A stretch of 64,000 bases of DNA, taken from the NCBI RefSeq assembly GCF_902459465.1, contig NC_047066.1:7812001-7876000 (forward strand), written 5' to 3'. The notes beneath the pieces were generated by a model. The model worked only from the letters and a program-made list of their open reading frames with translations, ran no database searches and was not told the origin of the DNA. Both the position numbers and the translations under genes were made by a program. The stretch is from Asterias rubens (Eukaryota). Positions 52,383 through 64,000 of the stretch are shown here, one piece after another. The number at the start of each line of letters is the position of its first letter. The first letter of the stretch is position 1.

Positions 52383-52854
52383 GATTCAACCAAAAAAAAC
52401 AAAAAAAACAATCTATGATGAATAATTTTGTATGATTCTTGCTTCTGCCAAAATGTTATTTAATGGTTAAATTGGGGGGGGGGGGGGCAATGCTTTTACC
52501 AAATTCATCTAAAATGTCATGCGTTGCTAAGTAGTGTTTTATATTAGTGTAGCTTTCTCATAATTACTGAAATGTTAAAAATAGTGACAAAAGTATTAAT
52601 TTATTGTAACAGTAAATTGGCTATAAATGTTTGCCTACTTTTCAAGCAAATCATTGAGTCCTGAAATATCCTTAATGTGTCATTATGTCAATCATTCATG
52701 TCCACAGATTTCCTTAATTTGTCAATCAACTCATAACCTCCAATTTCCTTAATATCAACTCAACAGTCCTGAAATATCCTCCATAAATCATTCAACTCAT
52801 GTCCACAAATTGCCCTAATATACGGTCTAGTAGACATGAAGAACCAAATTTTGT

Positions 52855-53210
52855 TTAAAGGCAGTGGACACTATTGGTAATTACTCAAAATAATTATTTT
52901 AGCATAAAACCTTTCTTGGTACGAGTAATGGGGTGAGGTTGATAGTATAAACATTGTGAGAAACGGCTCCCTCTGAAGTAATGTAGTTTTCGAGAAAGAA
53001 GTGATTTTCCACGAATTTGATTTTGAGACCTCAGATTTAGAATTTGAGGTCTCGAAATCAAGCATCTGAAAGCACACAACTTCGTGTGACAAGGGTGTTT
53101 TTTCTTTCATTATTATCTCGCAACTTCGACGACTGATTGAGCTCAAATTTTCACAGGTTTGTCATTTTATGCATATGTTGAGATATACCAATAGTGTCCA
53201 GTGTCTTTAA
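52855..53210. mobile_element. Kolobok-like MITE, family A
   Basis: TTAA-AGGCAGTGGACAC...GTGTCCAGTGTCT-TTAA. Confidence 0.8.
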
Positions 53211-53459
53211 TCTACAAGTGTGAGTTATAAATTAAAAACAGTTTGCATGCGTTTGAGCACAGCCAAAGAGAAATATTAATTATTAAAGTACTAGATATCT
53301 ATATGTTTGATATTCTTTAGTTTACATCACACAGTTTTATTGCAGATTAATAACGGGGAACTTAAATTGTGTATGTTATATTATAAATAAAGAAAAACAA
53401 GAAGAATTCAGTCACAGTGTGCTTGTGGTTTTGTTAATAATTGTAATCGTCGGTAACAA

Positions 53460-54330
53460 AACTAGTTTTGTGAACTATCGAAAAAGTTTCTTTGCGAAAG
53501 TACTCGGCAGCACACGTCGCAATTTCTTTGCATTTTGTTTACTCTCTATCCCCACCCCCTTTAGCTGTTAAATCTGCCTCGTCATAGTTAAGAATATTTT
53601 GAGAGCCTTTAGAAAAGATTCATGACCTAAGAATAGTTCCTTTTCGTGAAATACTCAGCAGCCAAACGTCGCAATTTCTTCTAAAATCTGCCTAGTCATG
53701 GTTAAGAATATTTTTAGAGCCTCGACCCTTCGCTCTGTGCGTTTTCTCCCTATTCAGTGGGAAGGTGCAGCCATAGATGTGCGCGATTTGGTTACTCGAT
53801 GTGACAAGGTGTAACCCCGCCCCTCCTATTGTATCTCTTTTGTGTTCTTAAAATCTCACGAAATTCTTTAGAGGATTTTTTGGGGGTAATTTTTTGTCTT
53901 CCATACATTAGAGGAAAATAGTGTGTGTATAGCGGGCATGGCAGTGGCTTCAAGAAGGTTATGCCCTCATATTTTCCCCCTTATATGGCGTCTTATAACA
54001 CAAGGGAAAGTAAAGAACAATATTTTTCTCCATAAGGAATTTCTAAAGGGGATGTTTGCTTCAAGGAATCTTGTATACAAAGTTTATAGAATGAGGGATT
54101 GTAACAGGGACAGCGGAGGAAAGAAGAATATTGCTCCGCAGAGATTCAAAAACAGGAAGGAGTGAACAGTTTTCTCTCGGGAGTTGGGCCCAATTGCTAA
54201 CAAATTCATAGTTTCGAAATCGTTGTTAACAATTTTTAGGGCAAGACAAACGGAGAGTCCGCGTCAAACCATGGAGGAAGAAAGTCAACTGACTTACCAA
54301 TTTACTGTGGGTCACACTGGGTCTTACCCA
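53460..54330 (+). repeat. Dispersed repeat containing ~155 bp subunits, copy 1
   Basis: Subunit motifs cgtcgcaatttct...aaatctgcctagtcatggttaagaatatttt.agagcc. Unique segments are inverted-homologous to 57740-58490. Confidence 0.6.
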
Positions 54331-54461
54331 TACGAAAAGTTGATGTGATAAAATGTTTCCATTGGGATGCTTTGCCACGGCTATATCCAAATTTAGAAAC
54401 TGCCCCCCCCCAAAAAAAAAAAGAGGATCTAACCCGGATTTCTGGGTTACTTCTGTCTGAC

Positions 54462-54632
54462 CAGGGGTGGATTTCACAAAGGTAGTCCTAACTTAGGACT
54501 AGTCTTAGGCAATGCTAAGGGATGGGACTGGTCCTATAAGTAACTCATCCTAATATAGGACTGGTCCTATCTCTTAGCATTGCCTAGGACTAGTCCTAAG
54601 TTAGGACTTTACCTTTGTGAAGTCCACCCCAG
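54462..54632. mobile_element. MITE, family C
   Basis: caggggtggatttcacaaaggtagtcc ... acctttgtgaagtccaccccag; nearly the same as 9-158. Confidence 0.8.
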
Positions 54633-54749
54633 GGACTTTTCTTTTTTAGTGTGGCTCATCGCGCCATTGTTTGTCTACGGTATGTTTAGTATATCATAAA
54701 TACAGAAGAATAAGAACAGTTCACTCAGTTTGCTTGTAGTTTACTTTTT

Positions 54750-55099
54750 TTAAAGGAACGTTACAGAATTGGTAAGAAAACAAAATCGTGAAGATCACAG
54801 ATTTACATCAAACTTACACGGTCTAATGATGATGATAATAGAAAACATCCCTTGAAATATTTTGGCCTGAAATGTCATATTTGATGAGAAAAAAATTATT
54901 TAACTATTCATTTTGTTTTTGCATCATTGTCATGCTAAATGTGTGATCGGTGTTTCACTATTTTCTCGTGACCCAGACGCCTGATCGATCTCAAACTTCT
55001 ACAGGTTTGTCAGTTTATGTATATGGTGGATTACATAAAGTGCTTACACTGCCAGCAACTGTTTTGTTAGAAAAAAACAATTCTGTAATGTTCCTTTAA
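54750..55099. mobile_element. Kolobok-like MITE related to family B
   Basis: TTAA-AGGAACGTTACAGAATTG...CAATTCTGTAATGTTCCT-TTAA. Confidence 0.75.
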
Positions 55100-55117
55100 T
55101 CATCGCTGACAGAACTT

Positions 55118-55540
55118 GATTTGTGAACTATGGCAAAAGTTTCTCTACGTGAAATACTCAACAACCCCCATGTCCCAATTTCTACCCCCTTATTTTGGCT
55201 CTAAAATCTGGCTAGTCATGGTTAAGAATATTTTGAGAGCCTATAGAAAATCCTCATGGGACCTAGAAATAGTTTCTTTACGTAAAATGCTCAGCAGCCC
55301 GCGTCGCAAATTCTTTGCATTTTGATTACTCTTTACCCCCTTATGTTTTGCTCTAAAATTCTGCCCAGTCATGGTTAAATGTTTTGAGAGCCTTGAAAAT
55401 GTTCATAAGACCCTTAGAAATAGTTCCTTTACGTAAAATACTCAGCAGCCCCGTCTTGCATTTTCTTTGCATTTTAGTTACTCTTTACCCCACCCCCTAG
55501 TTTGGCTCTAAAATCTGCCTAGGCATGGTTAAGAATATAC
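55118..55540 (+). repeat. About three diverged tandem ~155 bp subunits
   Basis: ctctaaaatctg.ctagtcatggttaagaata recurs at ~55198, ~55350 and ~55506 with the intervening tacgtaaaatactcagcagccc motif. Confidence 0.7.
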
Positions 55541-56016
55541 TTTGGGTCTGCGTGTACTAATCAGCGAGGTACACCTAGCAGATTAGGCTATGTGCACGCG
55601 TCTTCAGTTTTTGTATCTACAACAAGGAGCTGACGTAAGATCACTTGCGTAATTTTGTGGGTGATGTGGGTGGGGCCAAGTAGAGTGGTGGTGGTTTGTT
55701 AAGACGACGATGAGACGGCAGGTTGGATTCATTTCGACTACTAAAGGTTGAGCGAGGAGGAGCGAAGACAATCTCTTCTTAAAAAAACTTCAGTTTGCAC
55801 TTTCTTTGTAATCCGGCAAGTTTTTTTTTTTTGTGCCACAAATATTATTGACTGCTACTGCCGTTATGGTTATATCTATACTACTCGGGGTGTAATCTAT
55901 TACTAGCTATAATAAAACTTATACCACCTTGACGAAAGTAGCAGTCAATACATTCGTACTATTAAAAGGTAGAAGTAGATAACAAATTGTTCAAAAGATA
56001 TCCTTGTTTTAATCCG

Positions 56017-56405
56017 TTAAAGACACTGGACAGTATTGGTAAGTGTCAAAGACCAGTCTTCTCACTAAGTGTATCTCAACATATGCATAAAATAACAAAC
56101 CTGTGAAAAATTGAGCTCAACTGGTCCTCGAAGTTGCGAGATATGAATGAAATAAAAACACCCTTGTCATACGAAGTTGTCAGGCTTTTATAAGATGATT
56201 GATTTCGAGACCTCAAATTCTAAATCTGGGGTCTCGAAATCAAATTCGTGAAAAATTACTTCTTTCTCGAAAACTACGTCACTTCAGAGGGAGCCGTTTC
56301 TCACAATGTTTTATACTATCAACCTCCTCCCATTACTTGTCACCAAGTAAGGTTTTATGCTAATAAGTATTTTGAGTAATTACCAATAGTGTCCACAGCC
56401 TTTAA
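56017..56405. mobile_element. Kolobok-like MITE, family A
   Basis: TTAA-AGACACTGGACA...GTGTCCACAGCCT-TTAA. Confidence 0.8.
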
Positions 56406-57404
56406 AAGACTAGCAAATTACAAAGAAACTGCATAAGCTTGCGTAGAAGTTCTGTAAGTTTTACTGAAAGCATGTTAGTAGCTGTCCATAGACCTTATCG
56501 CAAATACCAATGCGCAAGCGCAGACTGTTGAATGAGGTGCATTGTGGGATAGATATGGATCAAATTTGGATACCAGCAAGACCACAATGCACCTAATTCC
56601 AAGCTTTACGCGCGCGCCCCGGTATTTGCGAAAAGGTCTATGGAAGTTTAATGCTTGACTGAATCTAAACATCTAAGTAAGTAGCAAATGGTATTAAAAA
56701 AGCTCACTTTCATTTTGTTTTGTCAAGTATTCCGTGGACAGTTTGCAAGAGTACCTTTATTAAAATAGACAGAACTCCTGTTGGGAAGTCTTTTATTATT
56801 ATTCAAATTATTTGAGTGAGAAATTACCTCTTTCTCGAAAACTACATCACTTCAGAAGGAGTCGTTTCTCACAATGTTTCAACAGCTCTCCTTTTTATGC
56901 TGATAATTATTTTTAATTACGAAAAATGTGTCTGTATAGTTATTAGAAGTGTTTTTTATTGAAATGTTTAAACAAATTGTTTCTTATTGTATCCAAGTGA
57001 TTGGCAACAAAAATGTTTTCCACCCATCAAATACTATAACCTGTATAACTGAGTTCTGCAACTAAACCTGTAGGCCTATTACTTCATTCTATATAGAAGT
57101 ACATTATAATTATTTCCCTTCCTCGCGCCTTAATATAGTCAAGTCCGACTTTTGGTATACATTTTTGTTGATTTTTTAAAAAATAAAAAAAGAAGCATGT
57201 GTAGGCCTACAGAAAATAATTGGCCTTGATTTGAGGAAACAAAACATGTTTTACATGAGAGGTTGAAAGTTATTGTTGGTGCAATTTCTTAAAGCTCGTT
57301 TGGCCTATATATCTACAAGAGTAATAATTTTGTTAATATACTGAATTTAATCGCGATAACATCTGCTGTTTTCTTTGTATAGCTTCTTTTAAGTTAGCTT
57401 CAAG

Positions 57405-58973
57405 ATGCCTCTGCTCACTATCAGCACCAATGTCAAGAAAGAGAAGATCCCTGCCGACTTTCTGAAGACGGCATCCGTTGCTATGCACGAGACCGTCGGG
57501 AAACCATGAGAGGTTGGTATTAAAACAAAATCTGGCACGAACCCCCGTGCTTTTTGAAAAGTTATAGTTAAGATGGGAAAGATGATTTCTGAACTATGTT
57601 TACGTAAAAAAAATGCTATTTGAAAATAACTTTCGAGAAACAAAACTTGTCGCACAACTTTTTTAAAGCGCCATCGCTATACTTTGCCCGCTATGTGGCA
57701 AAGGCTGCCCCCCACCCCCCAAATAAGTTCTCTTATACCATGGAGGAAGAAAACCCTCCATGCTTATACGCAACACACTTTTTTCATCTTGATATACAAA
57801 AGGACCTCTACCCTCCTAAAATCCTCAAAAGAATGTCAAAGAATCTGGTTGAAATCTGGACAATGGCTTCAAATTCCGAGTCGGTTTGACGCGGACTCTC
57901 CATTTTGTATCGGTGTTGTTTTGTCAAAAGTTAATAAAAAGCGTAATCGTGGCTTTGAAACCGTGACTTTGTTTGCAAATGGGTTAAACTTCCGTGAAAA
58001 CTTGTCACACATTCTTAAAGCTCCGTCTGTATATGCTCGCTACACACACTCTTTACATCTGATACAGAAGTCAGAAGTACCCAAAGAATTCCTGAGATTC
58101 TAAGTACGCAACACAAAAGGAGAGTGTGTGTCTTGGGGGCGGGGTACACCCCACTTATCGAGCCCAACAACGGCCATCGCTCATCACGGCTCTCCCACCG
58201 TCTCTTTCCAAATTGCACACTAACACATCTATGGCTGCAGCTTCGCACTGAATAGGTAGAAAACGCACAGAGCGAAGGCCTCATGAATATTTTCTAGGCT
58301 CTCAAAATGTTCTAAACCATGACTAGGCAGATTTTGGAGCCAAAATAAGGGGGTCACAGAGTAAACAATTAACAAAATACAAAGAAATTGCGACGTGGGG
58401 CTGTTCAGTATTTTACGCAAAGGAACTATTCCTGGTAGATCTTATGAATATTTGCTAGGCTTACAATATTTTTACCATGACAAGACAGATTTTCGGAGGC
58501 CTAAAGGAGGTACCGTGTAAAAGTGTTACACTATTGATTGCGACATTTTGGCTATTAAATGTTTGGTGTAACAACAAATTGGTAACCAAAAATAAAGAAC
58601 AGTTTGTTTAATGCACTGTACAAATTCCGTAGTTACTGATGAGTGGAACAAACCATACTGGAAACTGACTGAGTTCGTCTTTTTCTCCTTGTTATTTCTC
58701 TTAGTCATGATGTTGAACCTACACAATTTTTGTCAATTCTTATTGAGTCTGATTCCATCATTTGTTGTGTTTTTCCCTCTCCCTACACCCCCTTCCCTAT
58801 AGGCCATTTCAGTGTACGTAAACCCAGATCAGGATGATGGCATTTGGAGGAAGCGCAGAACCATGTGCAAAGGTCGACTTCATCAGCGCTGGAAAGATCG
58901 GAAAAGAAGAGAACAAGAAACACACAACGGCAATCACAGCACTCATGGAGAAACTGGGCGTGCCATCTAACAG
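57405..58973 (+). pseudogene. MIF: Second MIF copy, probable pseudogene (exons 1-2 only)
   Basis: Exon 1 57405-57512 (108 nt, MPLLTISTNVKKEKIPADFLKTASVAMHETVGKP*E) has in-frame TGA at 57507-57509. Exon 2 58803-58973 is 171 nt vs 170 in the intact copy (extra G in cagGatg). No clear exon 3 in the window. Confidence 0.8.
57740..58490 (-). repeat. Inverted copy of the 53460-54330 repeat, in intron 1 of the second MIF
   Basis: For example acacatctatggctgcagcttcgcactgaataggtagaaaacgcacagagcgaagg (~58224) is a near reverse complement of ~53729-53785, and gtttgacgcggactctcc (~57884) of ~54258-54270. Confidence 0.6.
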
Positions 58974-58986
58974 GTATGTAATAAAG

Positions 58987-59686
58987 GTTTAGGCACTGGA
59001 CACCCTTTGTCATGATATTGTTAAAGACTAGTCTTAAAGACCAGTCTTCTCACTTGGTGTACCTCAACGTATATGCATAAAATAACCTGTGAAAATTCGA
59101 ACTCAATTGGTCGTCGAAGTTGCGAGATAATAATGGAATAAAAAACACTCTCTTATCACACGAAGTTGTGTGCTTTCAGATTCTAAATCTGAGGTCTCGA
59201 ATTCAAATTCGTGGAAAACTACTTCTTTCTCGAAAACTACATTACTTCAGAGGGAGCCGTTTATCACAATGTTTTATACTATCAACAGCTCCCCATTAAT
59301 CGTTACCAAGAAAGCCTTTAAAGACAGTGGACACTGTTGGTAATTGTCAAAGACCAGTTTTCTCACTTAGTGTTTCACAACGTATGCATAAAATAACAAA
59401 CCTGTGAAAGTTTGAGGGCAATTGGTCGTCAAAGTTGCGAGATAATAATGAAAGAAAAAACACCATGGTCACACGCGAAGTTGTGTGCTTTCAGATGCTC
59501 GATTTCGAGACCCCAAATTCTAAATCTGAGGTCTCGAAATCAAATTCGTGGAAAATAACTTCTTTCTCGAAAACTACATTACGTCAAAGTTTTACACTAT
59601 CATTAGCTCCCAATTACTCATTACCAAGAAAGGTTCCAGGCAAATAATTATTTTGAGTAACTACCAATAGTGTCCACTGCCTTTAA
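58987..59686. mobile_element. Two tandem family A MITEs sharing a TTAA at 59318-59321
   Basis: The family A internal sequence occurs twice in the same orientation, starting ~13 nt after the exon 2 donor of the second MIF. Confidence 0.75.
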
Positions 59687-61107
59687 GATAAATTCATTTC
59701 AAACAAAATCAAATCTTTGTGTGGGTGTGTGTGCGTGTGTTTTGATTTTGTAATAGCTGCCTGTCCTTTTGCCTTTCTTATTTGTGTTTCTCTTGGCCCA
59801 TTCCACACCAGTTTTGTTTCCCATAACCCCATTCTCAATCTGTCCTTGTTTCTTCGCTATTTGGTCATGTGACTTTGTTCCCCCTGTCACCCCGACTCTA
59901 TCCTTTATCTCTTTCTTTTTTTCACCTTTATCTTGTATAGGCCATTTAAATTATTTAGAATAATATAATAATTGCGACTCGTTCTTATTTACCTGGTTGT
60001 GTATTGTATTTTTAATATTTGAATTAGGTACTTTTGTTTTGCTTAATTTGTTTATTCATGTTTGTACATGTCCTTGGAATGCTGAATTGAATACTCCTTT
60101 TATATCTTTTTATTGGCAACTTTGATAGGTCTTGGGCTCAATTTATGAGCTTGCTCAACCTTCAGAATGCGCACGGCTCTATAGCATTATCTGCAATATT
60201 GAACAATTTATGCAGCTGATATGTAGTACCATTCATAAGTAAATATTCATATCAAACCATTTTAGTGATATAACTCTATTGATGAAAGTGTAGATTATTT
60301 TTATGACTGTAGATTCGTTACGTATGTACGAATCTACAGTTGAGTGTGTATTAGTTCAACTTTAAAATGACTGTCTTTCCAAAAATAACATGATGGGATG
60401 GGAAAACATCAGCTGACTACACATGTTATATTTCAATTGCCAAAAACATTTTTCCACAGTTATAACAATTTACTTTAGTAAAAACATAATTTCAAACAAA
60501 TTGTCTCGATAGTGTTACAAGCACTGTACAATATACTTTTATAAATTTTGCAAATACTTATAAATGTGACCAAAACGTCGTTTTACAAAATACAAAGATT
60601 GATGGGGAAAATAGTGTAAGCCAGAGAAAGTGTAGATTCGTGATTGCAATGTAGGCCTACTCGCCTTCTGCTCGTAAATTATAGCAACGTATGTCAAAGC
60701 AGGTGTGATGTGTCTTTAGAAAAAAATTTTAAACCGAAAGTTATAATTTTTCAGTTGGTTGATGCAATGGTGCCAACATTTCTCAGTTCAGTTATGAATT
60801 TGAACAAGCTTCTCAACAATGCTTGAACTGTTGGTTGTTTATTATTTATTGATGTCAAACACACGTCCCCATGCCTTTGATAAAAAAAAAATCACATTTC
60901 TCTCGTAGCTATATTTATTTGGTTAAGAAACTCGAGGATATTTAATTATGCGCACTTTATTTATGACATGTGAATACTAATAAAGTGTTTAGTACCTCTT
61001 AAATACCAAGAGTTGTTTTCGTAAGTTGAATTTTCTTTTCAGTTTATGTTGTCGAAAGTGTTTTCTAAGCATGTGCATTACAAATGGCGATTGGCAAATA
61101 GCGTAAT

Positions 61108-61480
61108 TATGTGTCGTAGCCGAGCGGTCTAGGGCCGGACCCAAGCCTCGGTGATGTCAGCAGCAGAGTGTCGGTTCGAATCCCGGTCATGGCACGTACT
61201 TGTGTCCTTGAGAAGGCATTAAACCATAATTTGCTTCGTAAAACAGTTGGGAAAGTATTGTATTCTGCTCTACCACCCAGGCTCCTTTAGTGGATGATAC
61301 ACGTGACCATATCATTACGACTGTGAAGGGGGGGGGGGTATACCCTGCTTCAGCCCGTAGAGCATTGGTGGCAAGGTGCCCCTTGGGGCAGCTGATTTTG
61401 GTTGGTAGGTGTAGCCCTCACCTCACAGTGGTCGTGAGGTCTTGGGATCATGACCAAGATACAGAGAAACCTCAATGAAT
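61108..61480 (+). mobile_element. tRNA-derived SINE, family 2
   Basis: A-box tagccgagcgg, B-box ggttcgaatcc, CORE-like cttgtgtccttgag, body shared with 41850-42200. End coordinate approximate. Confidence 0.65.
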
Positions 61481-61973
61481 ACACGAGTAAGATGAGCCTG
61501 CTTCATGACGTCGATTTGTATACATTTATTTATTTTAAAACTATCTCATATCTATTTTCTTTATAGGGTCTGTATACGTTTGGTGATGCCTTTGAAAATT
61601 AATGGCAGTACAAACTTACTCGCTAAGTATAGTGTAAGAAGCACACCAGCTTTGAATGCATTTTTTTTTAACTTGTCACTTGAAATACAGCGGCTATGGT
61701 ACCCATTGTAATTGTGTATTCCAATAATGCAGGTATAAATTTTCTGCGTGGACATTAACGCTTCAGATTTTAGGCAATATGCCTATCTCAAAAATGCAAC
61801 CTCCTCTTGAAATGAAGTTTTCACAGTGTAGGTGGTAAATCTACAACTATACTGATTAAAACAAACTGTGAGTTCCCATTTTACAAAGCACAAACAATCC
61901 ATGTAAAAAGACTGGATTGCACAGACGTAAAAAAAACAACTTAAAGTATTTAAAACACTGAATAATAATAATA

Positions 61974-62387
61974 TAAGTTTTCTCGGTCAATTTCGGAAAA
62001 TGAGCAGCCAATTTAACCACCAAGCTATTCTATTTCGCATGAAATCGAAGCTACTGAAAAGGGTCATTCGATTTCGTTTTATGATTAGTCAAATGTCGTG
62101 TTGCGTCATTCGATTTAACAAAATAATCATTCAATTTAACAATTCATCAAAGCAGCTTTCAAATTCGCAGACGCTTCTTGGGGCGGTTGTGTCACGAAAA
62201 AGAATGACGGTATGCTAAATTGAACAGAGTGCTAAAGGAATTTGACTCGACTCAAAACGAAATTGAACGGCCGAATTCTGAATTTAAAACGCAGTAAAAA
62301 CCGGAGAGGCAAAACAGCTTCAATTCGAACGCATGAAAATGAAATTGGCTGCTCATTTGTCGAATTTGACCGAGAAAACCTATAATA
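61974..62387. mobile_element. MITE with ~37 bp imperfect TIRs
   Basis: ttttctcggtcaatttcggaaaatgagcagccaattt vs aaattggctgctcatttgtcgaatttgaccgagaaaa. Confidence 0.6.
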
Positions 62388-63605
62388 ATAATGATTACAT
62401 GTATATCACAGGGGTTTACTCCTCTGCACCATACTTTTGGTGTACTTGGTGGTTTTACGAATCCTGCAATGGTGTAACTTCGGTAAAAACAGAATCGTAT
62501 CAACACATCACTCTTTATCCCGATGCAATAAAGCACCACGGATGTTAATCCTGGGGATGAGCCCCGCCCCACCCCCATTTTTGGAGGGGGCGGTCAATAC
62601 CATCATCAACAGAGAATCGAGGTGGCTAAACTCCAATATTGAGAAAAGAATGATCAAAATCACATACAATGTGCACGCTATAATTGTCTCTTATAGATTA
62701 ATATACCATGGAATGACTACCCTCTATCCAACACACAGCTAGCATACACTCCCTCTCCCTGACCGCACCCATGTACTCAACATACCCCAAAATTTCACCC
62801 ATTGAAAACTTCATACTTGACCGGAACATAATGCCCTAAGGAATTTCTGGGGGGGGGAGGGGGAACTTACCACTGCAGACCCAAATAAGGCAAAGCATTT
62901 AAAACAAAGACACAGAATAACTACCTACTGGCCCTGCTAAGCTCACAGCTACTGAGGAGGGAAATACTATATACACATGTCTCCATGAGGTTAAATTCTG
63001 ACAATTACAATAAACTTAGTTATTATTATTATAAGGTGCTGTAAAAGAAATGCATGGGGTGCGAATTGCATGCAACTGGGCAGCCGTTGATTTCCACCGA
63101 ACTCGTCCAAACTTATTAATAATCTGAGGACCTTAGGCCGAGTTAGATTCCTGATAGACGATAGGAAATGTTGAACCCGCCCTAAATTAGGGCTCCTGAG
63201 CAAGGACGACTTACTCGTCCTGACTCGGTGTGGGATTAATCCTAGCGTTTCATGAAATCGGCTGCAGGGGAAGTTTACGCCGCGTCCCAGACTTGTCATC
63301 CCGAAAAAGGAATAAAAATAAGTTAGGGTGAGCTCAGCAGCAGAGAACGTACTGGTGTTTTTTTTTGTAAATCAATGAGATACAGAATTAAAACTGCTTA
63401 TAAACTTTTAAGATTATGCAAAATAAGGGTACCGTGTGACTATTTACCACGTTGTCATTATATATAAAAACATCACTTCACTTACAATACATTTTGGTGC
63501 ATACGGTACATTAGGCCTTTATCGCCGTGTGCTTGGCAGAGAACGTACCGTGTTTTTTTTTTTTTTTTTTTTTATTATTAATTATAGACACATAATTAAA
63601 ACTGC

Positions 63606-63994
63606 TTAAAGACAATGGACACTATTGGTAATTGTCAAAGACTAGTCTTCACAGTTGGTGTATCTCAACATATGCATAAAGTAACAAACCTGTGAAAATT
63701 TGAGCTCAATCGGTCGTTGAAGTTGCGAGATATTAATGACAGAAAAAACACCCTTGTCGCACGGAGTTGTGTGCTTTCAGATGCTTGATTTCGAGACCTC
63801 AAATTCTAAATCTGAGGCCTCGAAATCAAATTCGTGGAAAATTATTACTTTCTCGAAAACTACGTCACTTCAGAGGGAGCCGTTTCTCACAATGTTTTAT
63901 ACTATCAACCTCTCCCCATTACTCGTAACCAAGTAAGGTTTTTATGATGATAATTATTTTGAGTAATTACCAATAGTGTCCACACTGCCTTTAA
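63606..63994. mobile_element. Kolobok-like MITE, family A
   Basis: TTAA-AGACAATGGACAC...GTGTCCACACTGCCT-TTAA. Confidence 0.8.
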
Positions 63995-64000
63995 ATATAA

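Noticed and set aside
52871-53146. Recurring ORFs with [28 protein letters not shown] (also 11581, 59435, 63736 and antisense versions) as a gene family
   Set aside because: All fall inside copies of the family A MITE, with variable starts, stops and frameshifts.
57507-57509. In-frame TGA in the second MIF as a selenocysteine or readthrough codon (a novel seleno-MIF)
   Set aside because: The position aligns with Met in the paralog and Pro34 in human MIF, not Cys. An independent +1 frameshift follows in exon 2, and no exon 3 or SECIS could be identified. A SECIS search plus an intact transcript would be needed to reopen this.
61566-61711. Candidate exon 3 for the second MIF (acceptor ttctttatag|g, RVCIRLVMPLKINGST)
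   Set aside because: Only vague resemblance to RMYIVFTD...KGST; spacing and conserved residues (Tyr, Asp, NVG) do not match.
59690-63600. Short ORFs in the distal AT-rich region
   Set aside because: Low-complexity or repeat-derived, with no recognisable protein similarity.

Overview
Eukaryotic, intron-rich, AT-rich genomic DNA from a marine invertebrate (probably a sea star or other echinoderm; inferred only from gene content and repeat style). I could manually splice five intact protein-coding genes, each with GT-AG introns in consistent phase. They are an HNMT-like SAM methyltransferase (+, 3734-8041), CCDC74 (-, 14256-21698), phosphorylase kinase gamma PHKG (+, 27575-35112), SRR1-like SRRD (-, 40016-45610) and MIF (+, 48510-52382). 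A second, tandem MIF copy (+, 57405-58973) carries an in-frame TGA and a +1 frameshift, and I could not find its exon 3. Most of the rest is non-autonomous transposons: TTAA-flanked Kolobok-like MITEs, Mutator-like MITEs with 9-10 bp TSDs, palindromic fold-back elements, tRNA-derived SINEs and LINE tails, some nested two or three deep. Most short ORFs in the supplied track are repeat-derived or spurious. I found no convincing new multi-gene system. The best leads are the MIF duplication and decay, the extended HNMT-like protein, a near-perfect 5 x 136 bp array in MIF intron 1, a CpG-rich Mutator element in the SRRD/MIF divergent promoter region, and a cluster of long palindromes.
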